Shown here one piece after another: positions 27,662-35,362 of a stretch of DNA of 35,926 nucleotides. Every line of letters begins with the position of its first letter. Positions within the stretch are counted from its first letter, which is position 1. The stretch lies in the IMG/VR virus record IMGVR_UViG_3300025451_000033, positions 1 through 35,926 of that record; one strand, written 5' to 3'. The notes under the pieces are model-generated. The model saw only the letters and a program-made list of their open reading frames with translations, was not told where the DNA came from and made no database searches. Source of the DNA: a virus. Lineage: Duplodnaviria > Caudoviricetes. Made by a program: the position numbers and the translations under genes.

Positions 27662-29344
27662 ATGCCTAATCCAAATGTTTATGTAAATTCAATTGACGCA
27701 ACATCTGGTGTTAATGTTTCTTCCGGCTCAACAGCAAACATCGCTCTCATTGATGGTTCTGGCGTTGGTAGCTGGTCGTTAGAAGTTTGGTCAAGTTCTC
27801 CTGACGTTGATATCTCTGCTGTTCAATCAAGCATTGTTATCAATCAACTTGCGAAAACAGCTGTTGTTACTGTTCCTGCCATTGCTTCTGCTGTTTTAAT
27901 AAAAAGCGTTGTAAATAATGGTGTTGATGTAAATGGAAAAGCTCAAAGCAGTTACACTAAATCCTTTGGTCTTTATGTTTTAGCAGCGAACGGAAATCGT
28001 TTGATTGCTGCAAATGAGTCAAGCGAAAGTTCAGCTACTCATGGTTGGATTAAAACACTTGATATTGCACTTGAAGCAATGGGAGCAGGGGGAGGCGGAA
28101 GTTTTACAGCAGGCGGAGATTTATCCGGAACTTCATCTTCACAAAACGTAATTAAAATTCAGAATGTTGGAATCACCTCAACTACGCCAACGTCAAGTCA
28201 GGCTTTAATATTCAATGGTACCAATTGGGCGCCAACAACCATACCAACACAAAATCCTAGCGTTGGTGGAGATTTGTCAGGAACAGCTTCTTCTGCAACT
28301 GTTGCTAAGATAAATGGCTCAACTGTTCCCGCTGGTGGAGCTTTGGTTACTGGTACTGTTCTTAGGGCAACTGGTGTTTCTGCTTTGGGATACGGCGCTT
28401 TGGATTTAGCTAACACAAATGCTGTAACTGGTGTTCTTCCTTCTGGTAATTTATTCCAGGCAACAACCGGAACATCTGGCGCTGTAAAACTTGCTGGTGA
28501 TTTGGGCGGAACAGCAGCCTTACCAACCGTATTAAAAATAAACTCTGCGACCGTGCCTGTTGCCGGAGCGTTGGTTACGGGAACAATTTTAAGAGCGACT
28601 GGTGTATCCGCATTGGGATATGGAGCTTTGGACTTAGCCAATGCGAATGCCGTCACTGGTGTTCTCCCTTCTGCTAATTTATTCCAAGCGACTACCGGAA
28701 CGAGCGGAGCTGTAAAGCTCGCTAAGAATCTTGGCGGAACTGCTGCGCTTCCTACTGTCGTTGACTTGACGATCACTTCCCAGGCAAATGGAAGCATGAT
28801 TTACTTTAACGGTACAAATTGGGTAAATCTTCCTGCTGGTATAACGAATAAAGTATTAACCGCAAATGGCGCTGGCGCCCCTACATGGAATTCTATTGTT
28901 CAAGGAATGACAAATGTTCGTTCAAATGCCTTTTCAATTGACCAGGTTTCAGCAGGCACAAATGCAAAGTCTGAAATTTACCATGATTATTTTACCACAA
29001 CTTCAAATACACAATACACTGCTAGAACAATAACAATTCCTGCTAGTAAAGCTGCTTTAGTAACTGTGAATTTATGGGGTACTGATGGTTACACAACTTA
29101 TGGTGGAACAAAGCGAACTCTTCATTCTGTGAAGGCTGGTAAATATTATCGCGACTCAACAGGTGGAGTTATTCTTTCTGGTTTCTCAACGGTTCAAGAT
29201 CTAACACCAGCATGGGGAGAGTCTCCCACAATAGATTTAAGTTTGGTTATTTCAACAAACGATATCTTAATAAAAGTAACTGGACAATCAACTTACAACG
29301 CTAAATGGTCAATGGAGACTTGCGTTAGATTCTTGGACGTATAA
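27662..29344 (+). CDS. Tail fibre protein with GGDLSGT motifs and a 76-aa internal duplication
   Basis: Gly/Thr/Ala-rich; repeated GDL(S/G)GT and FNGTNW motifs. Confidence 0.8.
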   Translation: MPNPNVYVNSIDATSGVNVSSGSTANIALIDGSGVGSWSLEVWSSSPDVDISAVQSSIVINQLAKTAVVTVPAIASAVLIKSVVNNGVDVNGKAQSSYTKSFGLYVLAANGNRLIAANESSESSATHGWIKTLDIALEAMGAGGGGSFTAGGDLSGTSSSQNVIKIQNVGITSTTPTSSQALIFNGTNWAPTTIPTQNPSVGGDLSGTASSATVAKINGSTVPAGGALVTGTVLRATGVSALGYGALDLANTNAVTGVLPSGNLFQATTGTSGAVKLAGDLGGTAALPTVLKINSATVPVAGALVTGTILRATGVSALGYGALDLANANAVTGVLPSANLFQATTGTSGAVKLAKNLGGTAALPTVVDLTITSQANGSMIYFNGTNWVNLPAGITNKVLTANGAGAPTWNSIVQGMTNVRSNAFSIDQVSAGTNAKSEIYHDYFTTTSNTQYTARTITIPASKAALVTVNLWGTDGYTTYGGTKRTLHSVKAGKYYRDSTGGVILSGFSTVQDLTPAWGESPTIDLSLVISTNDILIKVTGQSTYNAKWSMETCVRFLDV

Positions 29345-30084
29345 TGTTCTTCTCATCAACTTTCTTAAACTGTCAAAAAAATGTATTCACGGTTGCTTTT
29401 TCTCCGGTGAGTTTGGGAACTTCAAAACTTCGTTTCTGGACTCGCCCTGAATCTCCATCTTGGACAACCTCCGCTCGATCTGTTTTAGAAACAGGAACGG
29501 GAGTTATTGGTTCAAAAGATGATGAATCCGGAAATGCATTCCATCTTATTCAAGCAACTTCTGGAATTCGACCAACGCGTAAAGCGAATGGCGGTTTTCT
29601 CTGCAATGCGACGGCATTATACACCAACGCTGCTATTGGAGCTTGGTCAGGGGATTTTGACGTTTGGGCAGTTGTTAAATACAACACCATGCAAAACGAT
29701 TATCGTGTAATGGAAGTAAATTCAGATACAGGACTTGGTCTTTTGCAGGCAACACCCGATAAGGTAAGGTTTTCTGTAGCAAATAGCACAGCTCCTTATG
29801 GTTTAGCCTCTGCTACTGCTCTCTCTTCCATTCATATTTTGCATGGTTCAAGAGTAGGAACAACGGCAACCATACAAATTGATAGCGCTACGGCGGCAAC
29901 TCAAACGGTTACGGGTTCTGCGATTGCAAATACTCCGCTTTATGTCGGTTTATCTTATTTGAGCGGAGTAGGGGCAAACGTTGATCATCATGAGATTGCG
30001 GTATGTGCGGGTCTTACTTCCGGCGAGCGTTCAAATATGAATACTTATTTCGCTAACAGATTAAGTTCTGGAATATATTATTAA
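29344..30084 (+). CDS. Putative receptor-binding / LamG-like beta-sandwich protein
   Basis: DESGNAFHLIQAT..RPT and LTSGERSNMNTYF motifs, typical of fibre-tip lectin-like domains. Confidence 0.55.
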   Translation: MFFSSTFLNCQKNVFTVAFSPVSLGTSKLRFWTRPESPSWTTSARSVLETGTGVIGSKDDESGNAFHLIQATSGIRPTRKANGGFLCNATALYTNAAIGAWSGDFDVWAVVKYNTMQNDYRVMEVNSDTGLGLLQATPDKVRFSVANSTAPYGLASATALSSIHILHGSRVGTTATIQIDSATAATQTVTGSAIANTPLYVGLSYLSGVGANVDHHEIAVCAGLTSGERSNMNTYFANRLSSGIYY

Positions 30085-30107
30085 GAATAGATAAAAAAAG
30101 AGGAAAA

Positions 30108-30359
30108 ATGGATCCAATGATATTCAAAGTCTTAGCAAGTGTTTTCGGCTTAGCGATTGGTATCATTGGGTACTTTGTTAATAAGATGATAACAGATCAA
30201 AAGAAAGAGACGCAAGATATGAAAGAGTCCATCAAAGATATTGAAAAAGAAGTAAAAGAACTACAGATTCAATTAGCCTCTAACTCTTCTACGACTAGAG
30301 AAAAGTTAGAGTCAATATCCGAGAAACTTTGCGCTTTGGCTGGTATTAAAAAGAAGTAA
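30108..30359 (+). CDS. Single-TM coiled-coil protein (holin/XhlA-like)
   Basis: N-terminal TM VLASVFGLAIGIIGYFV then coiled coil; GAGG RBS. Confidence 0.55.
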   Translation: MDPMIFKVLASVFGLAIGIIGYFVNKMITDQKKETQDMKESIKDIEKEVKELQIQLASNSSTTREKLESISEKLCALAGIKKK

Positions 30360-30365
30360 AGGTTG

Positions 30366-30779
30366 TTAATTTAGCCTTAGAACAATCGCCATTATTTCGG
30401 ATAGCTTAAGACCAAAGTCTTTTGCTAGCTGAGTCGTGGGAACACCAGCTCTGTCAAGTTCTGCGATTTGGATATCTCTAGAGTATTCTGGTGAATTTTT
30501 TCTAGCTTGAAGCTTTAACAGTCGCGTTTTCTCTTGTTCTGTTCTCTCCTGCCTGGTAGATCGAATCATAAATTTATCAATATCGCCAGGAATGCTAGGT
30601 TTTACTCTAAAAAAGACAAGATCTGAAATAGCAGAAACTCCAATATTAAACCTATCGGAGATATTTTGAATCGTAAATTCCATTATGTGATAATGAACGC
30701 GAATCGATATTATCTCTTCTGTTGATAGTAATGCTATTTTGTTATGCTTTCTCTGCGGTTTTCGCTTTTTGGCTTTCAT
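30366..30779 (-). CDS. Double-HTH DNA-binding protein
   Basis: LSTEEIISIR..FTIQNISDRFNIGVSAISDLV and PTTQLAKDFGLKLSEI; likely start MKAKK at 30779. Confidence 0.65.
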   Translation of the reverse strand: MKAKKRKPQRKHNKIALLSTEEIISIRVHYHIMEFTIQNISDRFNIGVSAISDLVFFRVKPSIPGDIDKFMIRSTRQERTEQEKTRLLKLQARKNSPEYSRDIQIAELDRAGVPTTQLAKDFGLKLSEIMAIVLRLN

Positions 30780-30804
30780 GTTTTTCTTTTGTGGGGTCGA
30801 ATAA

Positions 30805-30875
30805 ATTAAAATAGCAATCAAGGTCATTGATTGCTAAGTTAATTCTTTTCAAGGAAGAAGGTCTATGGTCCTTCA
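30805..30875 (-). ncRNA. Putative small RNA or attenuator leader, unit 3
   Basis: TTGAGA-17-CATATT promoter, 5' hairpin GAAGG/CCTTC, 3' hairpin TAGCAATCAA/TTGATTGCTA plus TTTT. Confidence 0.45.
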
Positions 30876-30914
30876 ATTTAATATGTCTTTATTGCTAGAA
30901 AATCTCAAGCCATA

Positions 30915-31027
30915 TAAATAAAAAATCAACCTAATTGGAGTAGGTTGATTTTTCATGCTAATACAATGGACTTAAACAATTTCAAAACATCAAACGAAGA
31001 AAACAAGCGCTATCTAGGTCGCTCGTA
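30915..31027 (-). ncRNA. Putative small RNA, unit 2
   Basis: TTGACT-17-TATATA promoter, 5' hairpin ACGAGCG/CGCTTGT, 13-bp terminator stem 30921-30953. Confidence 0.5.
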
Positions 31028-31121
31028 CTTAATATATAACACAGTGTTTAGCTTTAGTCAATTGTTTATTTAAATCAAATGTGTGAAATTCAATTAAATT
31101 CGCTATTGGGAAGATGTTTTA

Positions 31122-31206
31122 CAAAAAGAAAAGAACCGATAGGGTTATTTATCGGTTCTTTTGGTGTGTTGTCTCAGTATTTAAGGAGGGATAATCAGTC
31201 CCTACC
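31122..31206 (-). ncRNA. Putative small RNA (or 3' UTR), unit 1
   Basis: ATATTAA box, 5' hairpin AGGGA/TCCCT, CCTCCTTA, 13-bp terminator stem 31129-31162 plus T-tract. Confidence 0.4.
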
Positions 31207-31220
31207 TTAATATATCGTTA

Positions 31221-31628
31221 TTATTTTGATTTCTTGGAAAGTCTATAATTGAAAACACCATTTCCAAAATCACTATCTACTCTTACTTGTTTGGTAAATC
31301 CAATTGATTGTCTAACGCTGTCACCTATGTCCATTGCTTCGTCTTTTGTTTTCACACGAGCAAGAACAGTCCAATCACCATCAAAAGGAGGATACATGCA
31401 AGGGTCTTTAGCCCAATTTTGAAGGTTAAAATAACTATCCCATACATGTTTATCTAATGAAACGTTGGAATAGATATGCTCTGAGTTGTCGTTTTTACGA
31501 ATGAATACACGGTTTTTATATTCACCAACGGTTCTTAGGCAAAGATAAATCGTGTATCCTGGATTTTTATCCGAGTCTCCGAAGCATTCCTCTACTTTAG
31601 CGGCGTAAATCATTTGTAAGTAATTCAT
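31221..31628 (-). CDS. Hypothetical protein, possibly degenerate GIY-YIG fold
   Basis: ATGA-coupled to the polymerase-like gene; YTIYLC..KNRVFI and WTVLARVKTKDEAM resemble the three GIY-YIG proteins in this window. Confidence 0.55.
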   Translation of the reverse strand: MNYLQMIYAAKVEECFGDSDKNPGYTIYLCLRTVGEYKNRVFIRKNDNSEHIYSNVSLDKHVWDSYFNLQNWAKDPCMYPPFDGDWTVLARVKTKDEAMDIGDSVRQSIGFTKQVRVDSDFGNGVFNYRLSKKSK

Positions 31629-32965
31629 TCTGATAATTCCTTTTCTGTTATGTTAATGTTATGGATGCCAGAAGATTCTCTAGCAATTTCAATTAGTTTA
31701 GGGTGCAATGGAGAGTTTGTTATAAATCCATCGTGGCAGAGAACGCCAACCCCTACACCATAGCTTGGGGCTGCTGCTACCATTGTCGATATGATTCTAA
31801 CTTCCATCCCCTGCAAGATATGAGCGGCTAACTTTCTTTTCATTTGGTTTTCGCATCCATTAAATTGGGTTAGTTCAAGTTTCTTATCAGCCATATTGGT
31901 AATATATTTACCATAGATTGTTGTTTTTGCTTTGTGATCGCTCAACCATTTCTCGCTGACTATTATTTCTAGCCATTGGTCAAGAGAGGAGCGTAATGGT
32001 TTTATTGATTTACAAAACGCTTGCAAACAAGCGTCAAATTGATCTTCTGTGTGATTGGGATAAATAGATCTTAGTGCCTTACCGGCATCCTTGAATTGCA
32101 TTTGACTCATTTTGGGAAATATTTCACCACCAAAAAGAGTTGAGTAAAAGAGAATTTTGAACATTCCCTTGTCATTGAAGCAATTTTGGATTGTTTTTCT
32201 AAAGCAATCGTCATTGATGTATGTTTCTAGCCATTCGCATTTGATGTTATCAGCGTTAAAACAATGAAGAAGACAAGCTGCTTGAGCAGAAACAAGATCA
32301 TAATTATGATTTGTAAGGTTCTTTCCAGTTAGTATCCTTCCTCTGTACTTCGCTTCTAACTGTTGTGCTCCGCCATTCTCAAAAAGACGACCAGTTCTTG
32401 CTATTTTATAAGAAGAAACATAAGATCCTGTTTGACCCATTGATCTAATGTGAGAAATATTGTGTCTATTGCTTGTCTTTTGGTGTTTTATTTCTTCGTA
32501 GATAGCTAAAACTTCCTCATAATTGACATCTTGAGGGATTAATGATTCTACTGCTGATAGTAATAGTTTAGGTTGAGGGTGTTTGTTCTCATCAATTTTA
32601 GATGTAATTGGTTTGTAAAGTTTCCCAGTGTTAGAATCAACGATTTGCTCGTTTAAGTTATCATCGTAAGATAGAAAAGCGTCTATTATACTAGAATCCG
32701 CTGCAAATTCTCTACATTCATTGTCGAAAAAAGAGTGTTCTTGTATTTTGAACAGTCCAGATTCTTCTATTTCCTTGTATGTTTCGCTTGATTTGCCGTC
32801 AAAATGATCTTGAATAAAAGTAAAAGGAACAGGTGTAAATTCATTTCCAGACCTTAAACTAGAACAAATAACATGACCTAAAAACTTAGTTATTTTCTTG
32901 CTCCCCTGTTGCCTTAAGAAAGAAAAAGCACTTTTTGTGGTTGGTTTATGGGAAATATAAGACAT
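31625..32965 (-). CDS. Minimal family-A-like polymerase (TV-Pol-like), probable replication protein
   Basis: RTGRLF, motif A NYDLVSAQ, motif B-like R..K...YSTLFGG, HILQGME, motif C LCHDG; no exonuclease or helicase domain; GAAAGG RBS. Confidence 0.75.
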   Translation of the reverse strand: MSYISHKPTTKSAFSFLRQQGSKKITKFLGHVICSSLRSGNEFTPVPFTFIQDHFDGKSSETYKEIEESGLFKIQEHSFFDNECREFAADSSIIDAFLSYDDNLNEQIVDSNTGKLYKPITSKIDENKHPQPKLLLSAVESLIPQDVNYEEVLAIYEEIKHQKTSNRHNISHIRSMGQTGSYVSSYKIARTGRLFENGGAQQLEAKYRGRILTGKNLTNHNYDLVSAQAACLLHCFNADNIKCEWLETYINDDCFRKTIQNCFNDKGMFKILFYSTLFGGEIFPKMSQMQFKDAGKALRSIYPNHTEDQFDACLQAFCKSIKPLRSSLDQWLEIIVSEKWLSDHKAKTTIYGKYITNMADKKLELTQFNGCENQMKRKLAAHILQGMEVRIISTMVAAAPSYGVGVGVLCHDGFITNSPLHPKLIEIARESSGIHNINITEKELSE

Positions 32966-33004
32966 ATAGATAATACCTTTCGTGATTGCTTGGTAAGTTG
33001 TAAC

Positions 33005-33033
33005 AAGGACCCCTGCTAAGGGTCCTTTTTTTT
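33005..33033 (+). terminator. Plus-strand terminator antisense to the RHH-polymerase operon
   Basis: AAGGACCC-N7-GGGTCCTT plus T-run; the nearest + strand gene ends 2.6 kb upstream. Confidence 0.8.
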
Positions 33034-33042
33034 ATTCTCTTA

Positions 33043-33213
33043 TTAGTATTTCGGAATATTGTCTTGACTCATCGCAAGCTTGAGAAGGTCAATGGTTACT
33101 TGTGATACTGACATGCTTTGAGAGTCTGATATGTTCTTTATTTTCTGAAAAGTTTCCTCATCTAATCTAAAGATAATCGTTTTCGGTTTTGTTGCTTTTC
33201 TAGTTGAGCTCAT
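33043..33213 (-). CDS. CopG-like ribbon-helix-helix protein, 56 aa (not in ORF track)
   Basis: MSSTRKATKPKTIIFRLDEETFQKIKNISDSQSMSVSQVTIDLLKLAMSQDNIPKY*; AGGA RBS. Confidence 0.8.
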   Translation of the reverse strand: MSSTRKATKPKTIIFRLDEETFQKIKNISDSQSMSVSQVTIDLLKLAMSQDNIPKY

Positions 33214-33249
33214 GTTGTTTTCCTGTTCGTCAAGTGTTGTATTACAACT

Positions 33250-33280
33250 ATATCATAAGATCGTGATATGCATAGGTCGA
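33250..33280 (-). promoter_or_regulatory. Promoter TCGACC-17-TATGAT overlapped by inverted repeat ATATCA-N8-TGATAT
   Basis: -35 at 33280..33275, -10 at 33257..33252, palindrome 33250..33269. Confidence 0.6.
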
Positions 33281-33289
33281 GATCTTTTT

Positions 33290-33725
33290 TTAGCAGGGCA
33301 GGGGAGGCGCCCGGCGCCCAACATGTATGCTCAAGAAGAGTGTATGTCTTTTATAGGTGAGAGTATAGGTAAGAGTATGAGTAAGATATTGTTTATTGTA
33401 GATAGTTACAAAAAAGTCAAAAAAAATACAGAATACAGATATGAGTATGAGTATATAAGATATCTATTAGTATCTACTTCTATTAATCTTCTTAGCTACT
33501 TCTTCTATACTTCTACTCTCTTCTTCTACCTGTCTAAACCTGTCTAGGGGTTAGTATGTCCATTTCCTAAATATTTAGTTTCACCAACCACCTTGTTTTA
33601 CCTTACCAAACTCACTTTTGCTGTCCAAAAAAGATAGGTAGCACCAGACATTAAATCAACCTATAAACATCCTTCGTTCGTCCCTCCAAAATCCCCCGAC
33701 CCGACCCCCAGCCCAACCCCAAACG
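33290..33725. other. Candidate replication origin region
   Basis: GC-rich GGCGCC repeat, purine-rich tract switching to pyrimidine-rich at ~33460, CCTGTCTA x2, five C-runs at 33693..33720. Confidence 0.4.
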
Positions 33726-33759
33726 CACAAATTAAATTATAATATCCAAGCATAACGTT

Positions 33760-34077
33760 ATGCAATCCATCATCCCTAATTTCACAATCCCAACAAAGGA
33801 ACAATTTCCAAAGATGACAAGAAAAAACATTCGTCTTGTTTATCAGTCCCTACAAAATCTAGGAATGGTAACAATCACAAACTCTTTTATGAGCTTAAAG
33901 ACTTATCAAAACTTTCATGATCATCTTGTTAGAATAAAGCAAATTCAACCCAACCAATATTTTCAATGGGGACCTGCTCCTATCTCCATCCAAAATATCA
34001 CAAACAACCATATTATCTTTCAAGGGTATAATTCCAAAGGTCAAACACTCCTCCTTACCCTCACCAATCTTTATTAA
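33760..34077 (+). CDS. Hypothetical protein
   Basis: 105-codon ORF with no recognised motif. Confidence 0.5.
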   Translation: MQSIIPNFTIPTKEQFPKMTRKNIRLVYQSLQNLGMVTITNSFMSLKTYQNFHDHLVRIKQIQPNQYFQWGPAPISIQNITNNHIIFQGYNSKGQTLLLTLTNLY

Positions 34078-34205
34078 CGCCCCTTTAAAGCGATTTTCAT
34101 TCCTACTCCTATAGCTGAATCCACCAAACCCACCAAAGCCCCTTAAAAGCCAACTAAGGCGTTCTAATTAAACTTCACAAACAACGCATATCAACACATA
34201 CTAAT

Positions 34206-34367
34206 ATGAACAGATTATGCGTAACAATAGACGAAACTTCTCTTTCCCAGCTAGAAGAACTTACTAACCAGTCTCAGATCAAAATATCAAAATCAGCAAT
34301 GATTAGATTTGTTATTGAGCAGGCTTATAAACAATATCAAGAGTCTCTCAAAACAAAAGGTAAATAA
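34206..34367 (+). CDS. Ribbon-helix-helix protein, 53 aa (not in ORF track)
   Basis: MNRLCVTIDETSLSQLEELTNQSQIKISKSAMIRFVIEQAYKQYQESLKTKGK*; TAATG-coupled to the next gene. Confidence 0.8.
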   Translation: MNRLCVTIDETSLSQLEELTNQSQIKISKSAMIRFVIEQAYKQYQESLKTKGK

Positions 34368-34807
34368 TGGACTTTATAAATCTTCTATTAAATATCAATG
34401 TTCTTCTTCATTTACTAGGAATAGCTTCAATTACTTATTTAGTTAGGACGATAGTAGAATATTTTATCCCCTCAGTGGTCTCTAAGAACTTTTACAAAAA
34501 TCTCGCACTTCCCATTTTTCCTATAATCGTGTCTATAGCCTTTTTCAATGTACTTCCTATCGCTCTCCCATTCGATATCACTCAAACCCCGGCAAGGGTC
34601 CTTTACAGCCTAACAATAGGTCTTCTTTCTTCTCAGACCTATAGGATGATTCGTGCTCAGATAAAGGCTAAGTTTCCTTCTTCTGATTTGCCTGATATCC
34701 CAGATCTTTCTATTCAGGATCTTGAAAGGTTACATGAGGAAACTAATCCTAGTCCTAAATCAACTAACCCAACCCTACCAGATCCTCCTACTAAGAATCC
34801 TACCTAA
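34367..34807 (+). CDS. Three-TM membrane protein, holin-like
   Basis: Three hydrophobic segments and a charged, Pro-rich tail. Confidence 0.6.
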   Translation: MDFINLLLNINVLLHLLGIASITYLVRTIVEYFIPSVVSKNFYKNLALPIFPIIVSIAFFNVLPIALPFDITQTPARVLYSLTIGLLSSQTYRMIRAQIKAKFPSSDLPDIPDLSIQDLERLHEETNPSPKSTNPTLPDPPTKNPT

Positions 34808-35003
34808 GGGAATAATAGATAAAACAGTGTTAAATATTGATTGGTATTGAGTATTTAAGCGAATATTGCACCTTATAGCTATGCAAATTTTGCGTAGTAA
34901 GATGCGCTTTGTGCTCACAGTCCATAGTTTATCTATTAGAATATACACAATTCTAGTATAATAGCGTGTTTTTGCACTATTTGCCATTATTCTACTCATA
35001 AAT

Positions 35004-35059
35004 AGCGTTGTTATGTTCATGATTTGCCAAAGAATAAGCGTTGTTATGTTCAAGATTTG
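35004..35059. repeat. 23-bp direct repeat x2 (33-bp period)
   Basis: AGCGTTGTTATGTTCA(T/A)GATTTG at 35004 and 35037. Confidence 0.8.
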
Positions 35060-35236
35060 TTCATAATTTAGCGTTTAGCCGTGTTTTCTCTTTCAAAATC
35101 CCTAAAATCATTCATAAAACCATAGCAAAATGCCCCACTCATTACCCCTTAGTAATCAATCATTATTTCATCTATTAGCTATTGACAATCTCAAATCAAC
35201 ATCTAATCAACCATCTTTATTATCGAATTTCAAGAA

Positions 35237-35362
35237 ACCCGCATAAAACGCTTCTTTTACCCCCTAGAGAAAATAGAATTGTTGGTTAGGAATTAGGGTT
35301 AGTAATAGGCTAAAATAGGGTTCATGTTCGTATGCGAATACGTGGATGGTACGAAGGTTCCC
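35237..35362. repeat. Direct repeat, left flank copy 2
   Basis: Identical to 1..126. Confidence 0.95.

Noticed and set aside
28198-28797. Long antisense ORFs (also 18634..19116, 24693..25091, 5429..5872)
   Set aside because: Shadow frames of codon-biased genes on the opposite strand.
27662-30084. Gin/Cin-type invertible tail fibre segment served by the serine recombinase
   Set aside because: No inverted fibre gene copy or flanking inverted repeats seen, and the recombinase is far away.
30966-31073. 35-codon + strand ORF antisense to RNA unit 2 (type I toxin-antitoxin idea)
   Set aside because: No RBS and not a typical hydrophobic toxin; not excluded, but unsupported.
33212-33547. Track ORF of 111 aa
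   Set aside because: TTG start, overlaps the RHH promoter and translates low-complexity skewed DNA.
34775-35053. Track ORF of 92 aa with repeated MNITTL
   Set aside because: The peptide repeat simply reflects the 23-bp DNA repeat; no RBS.
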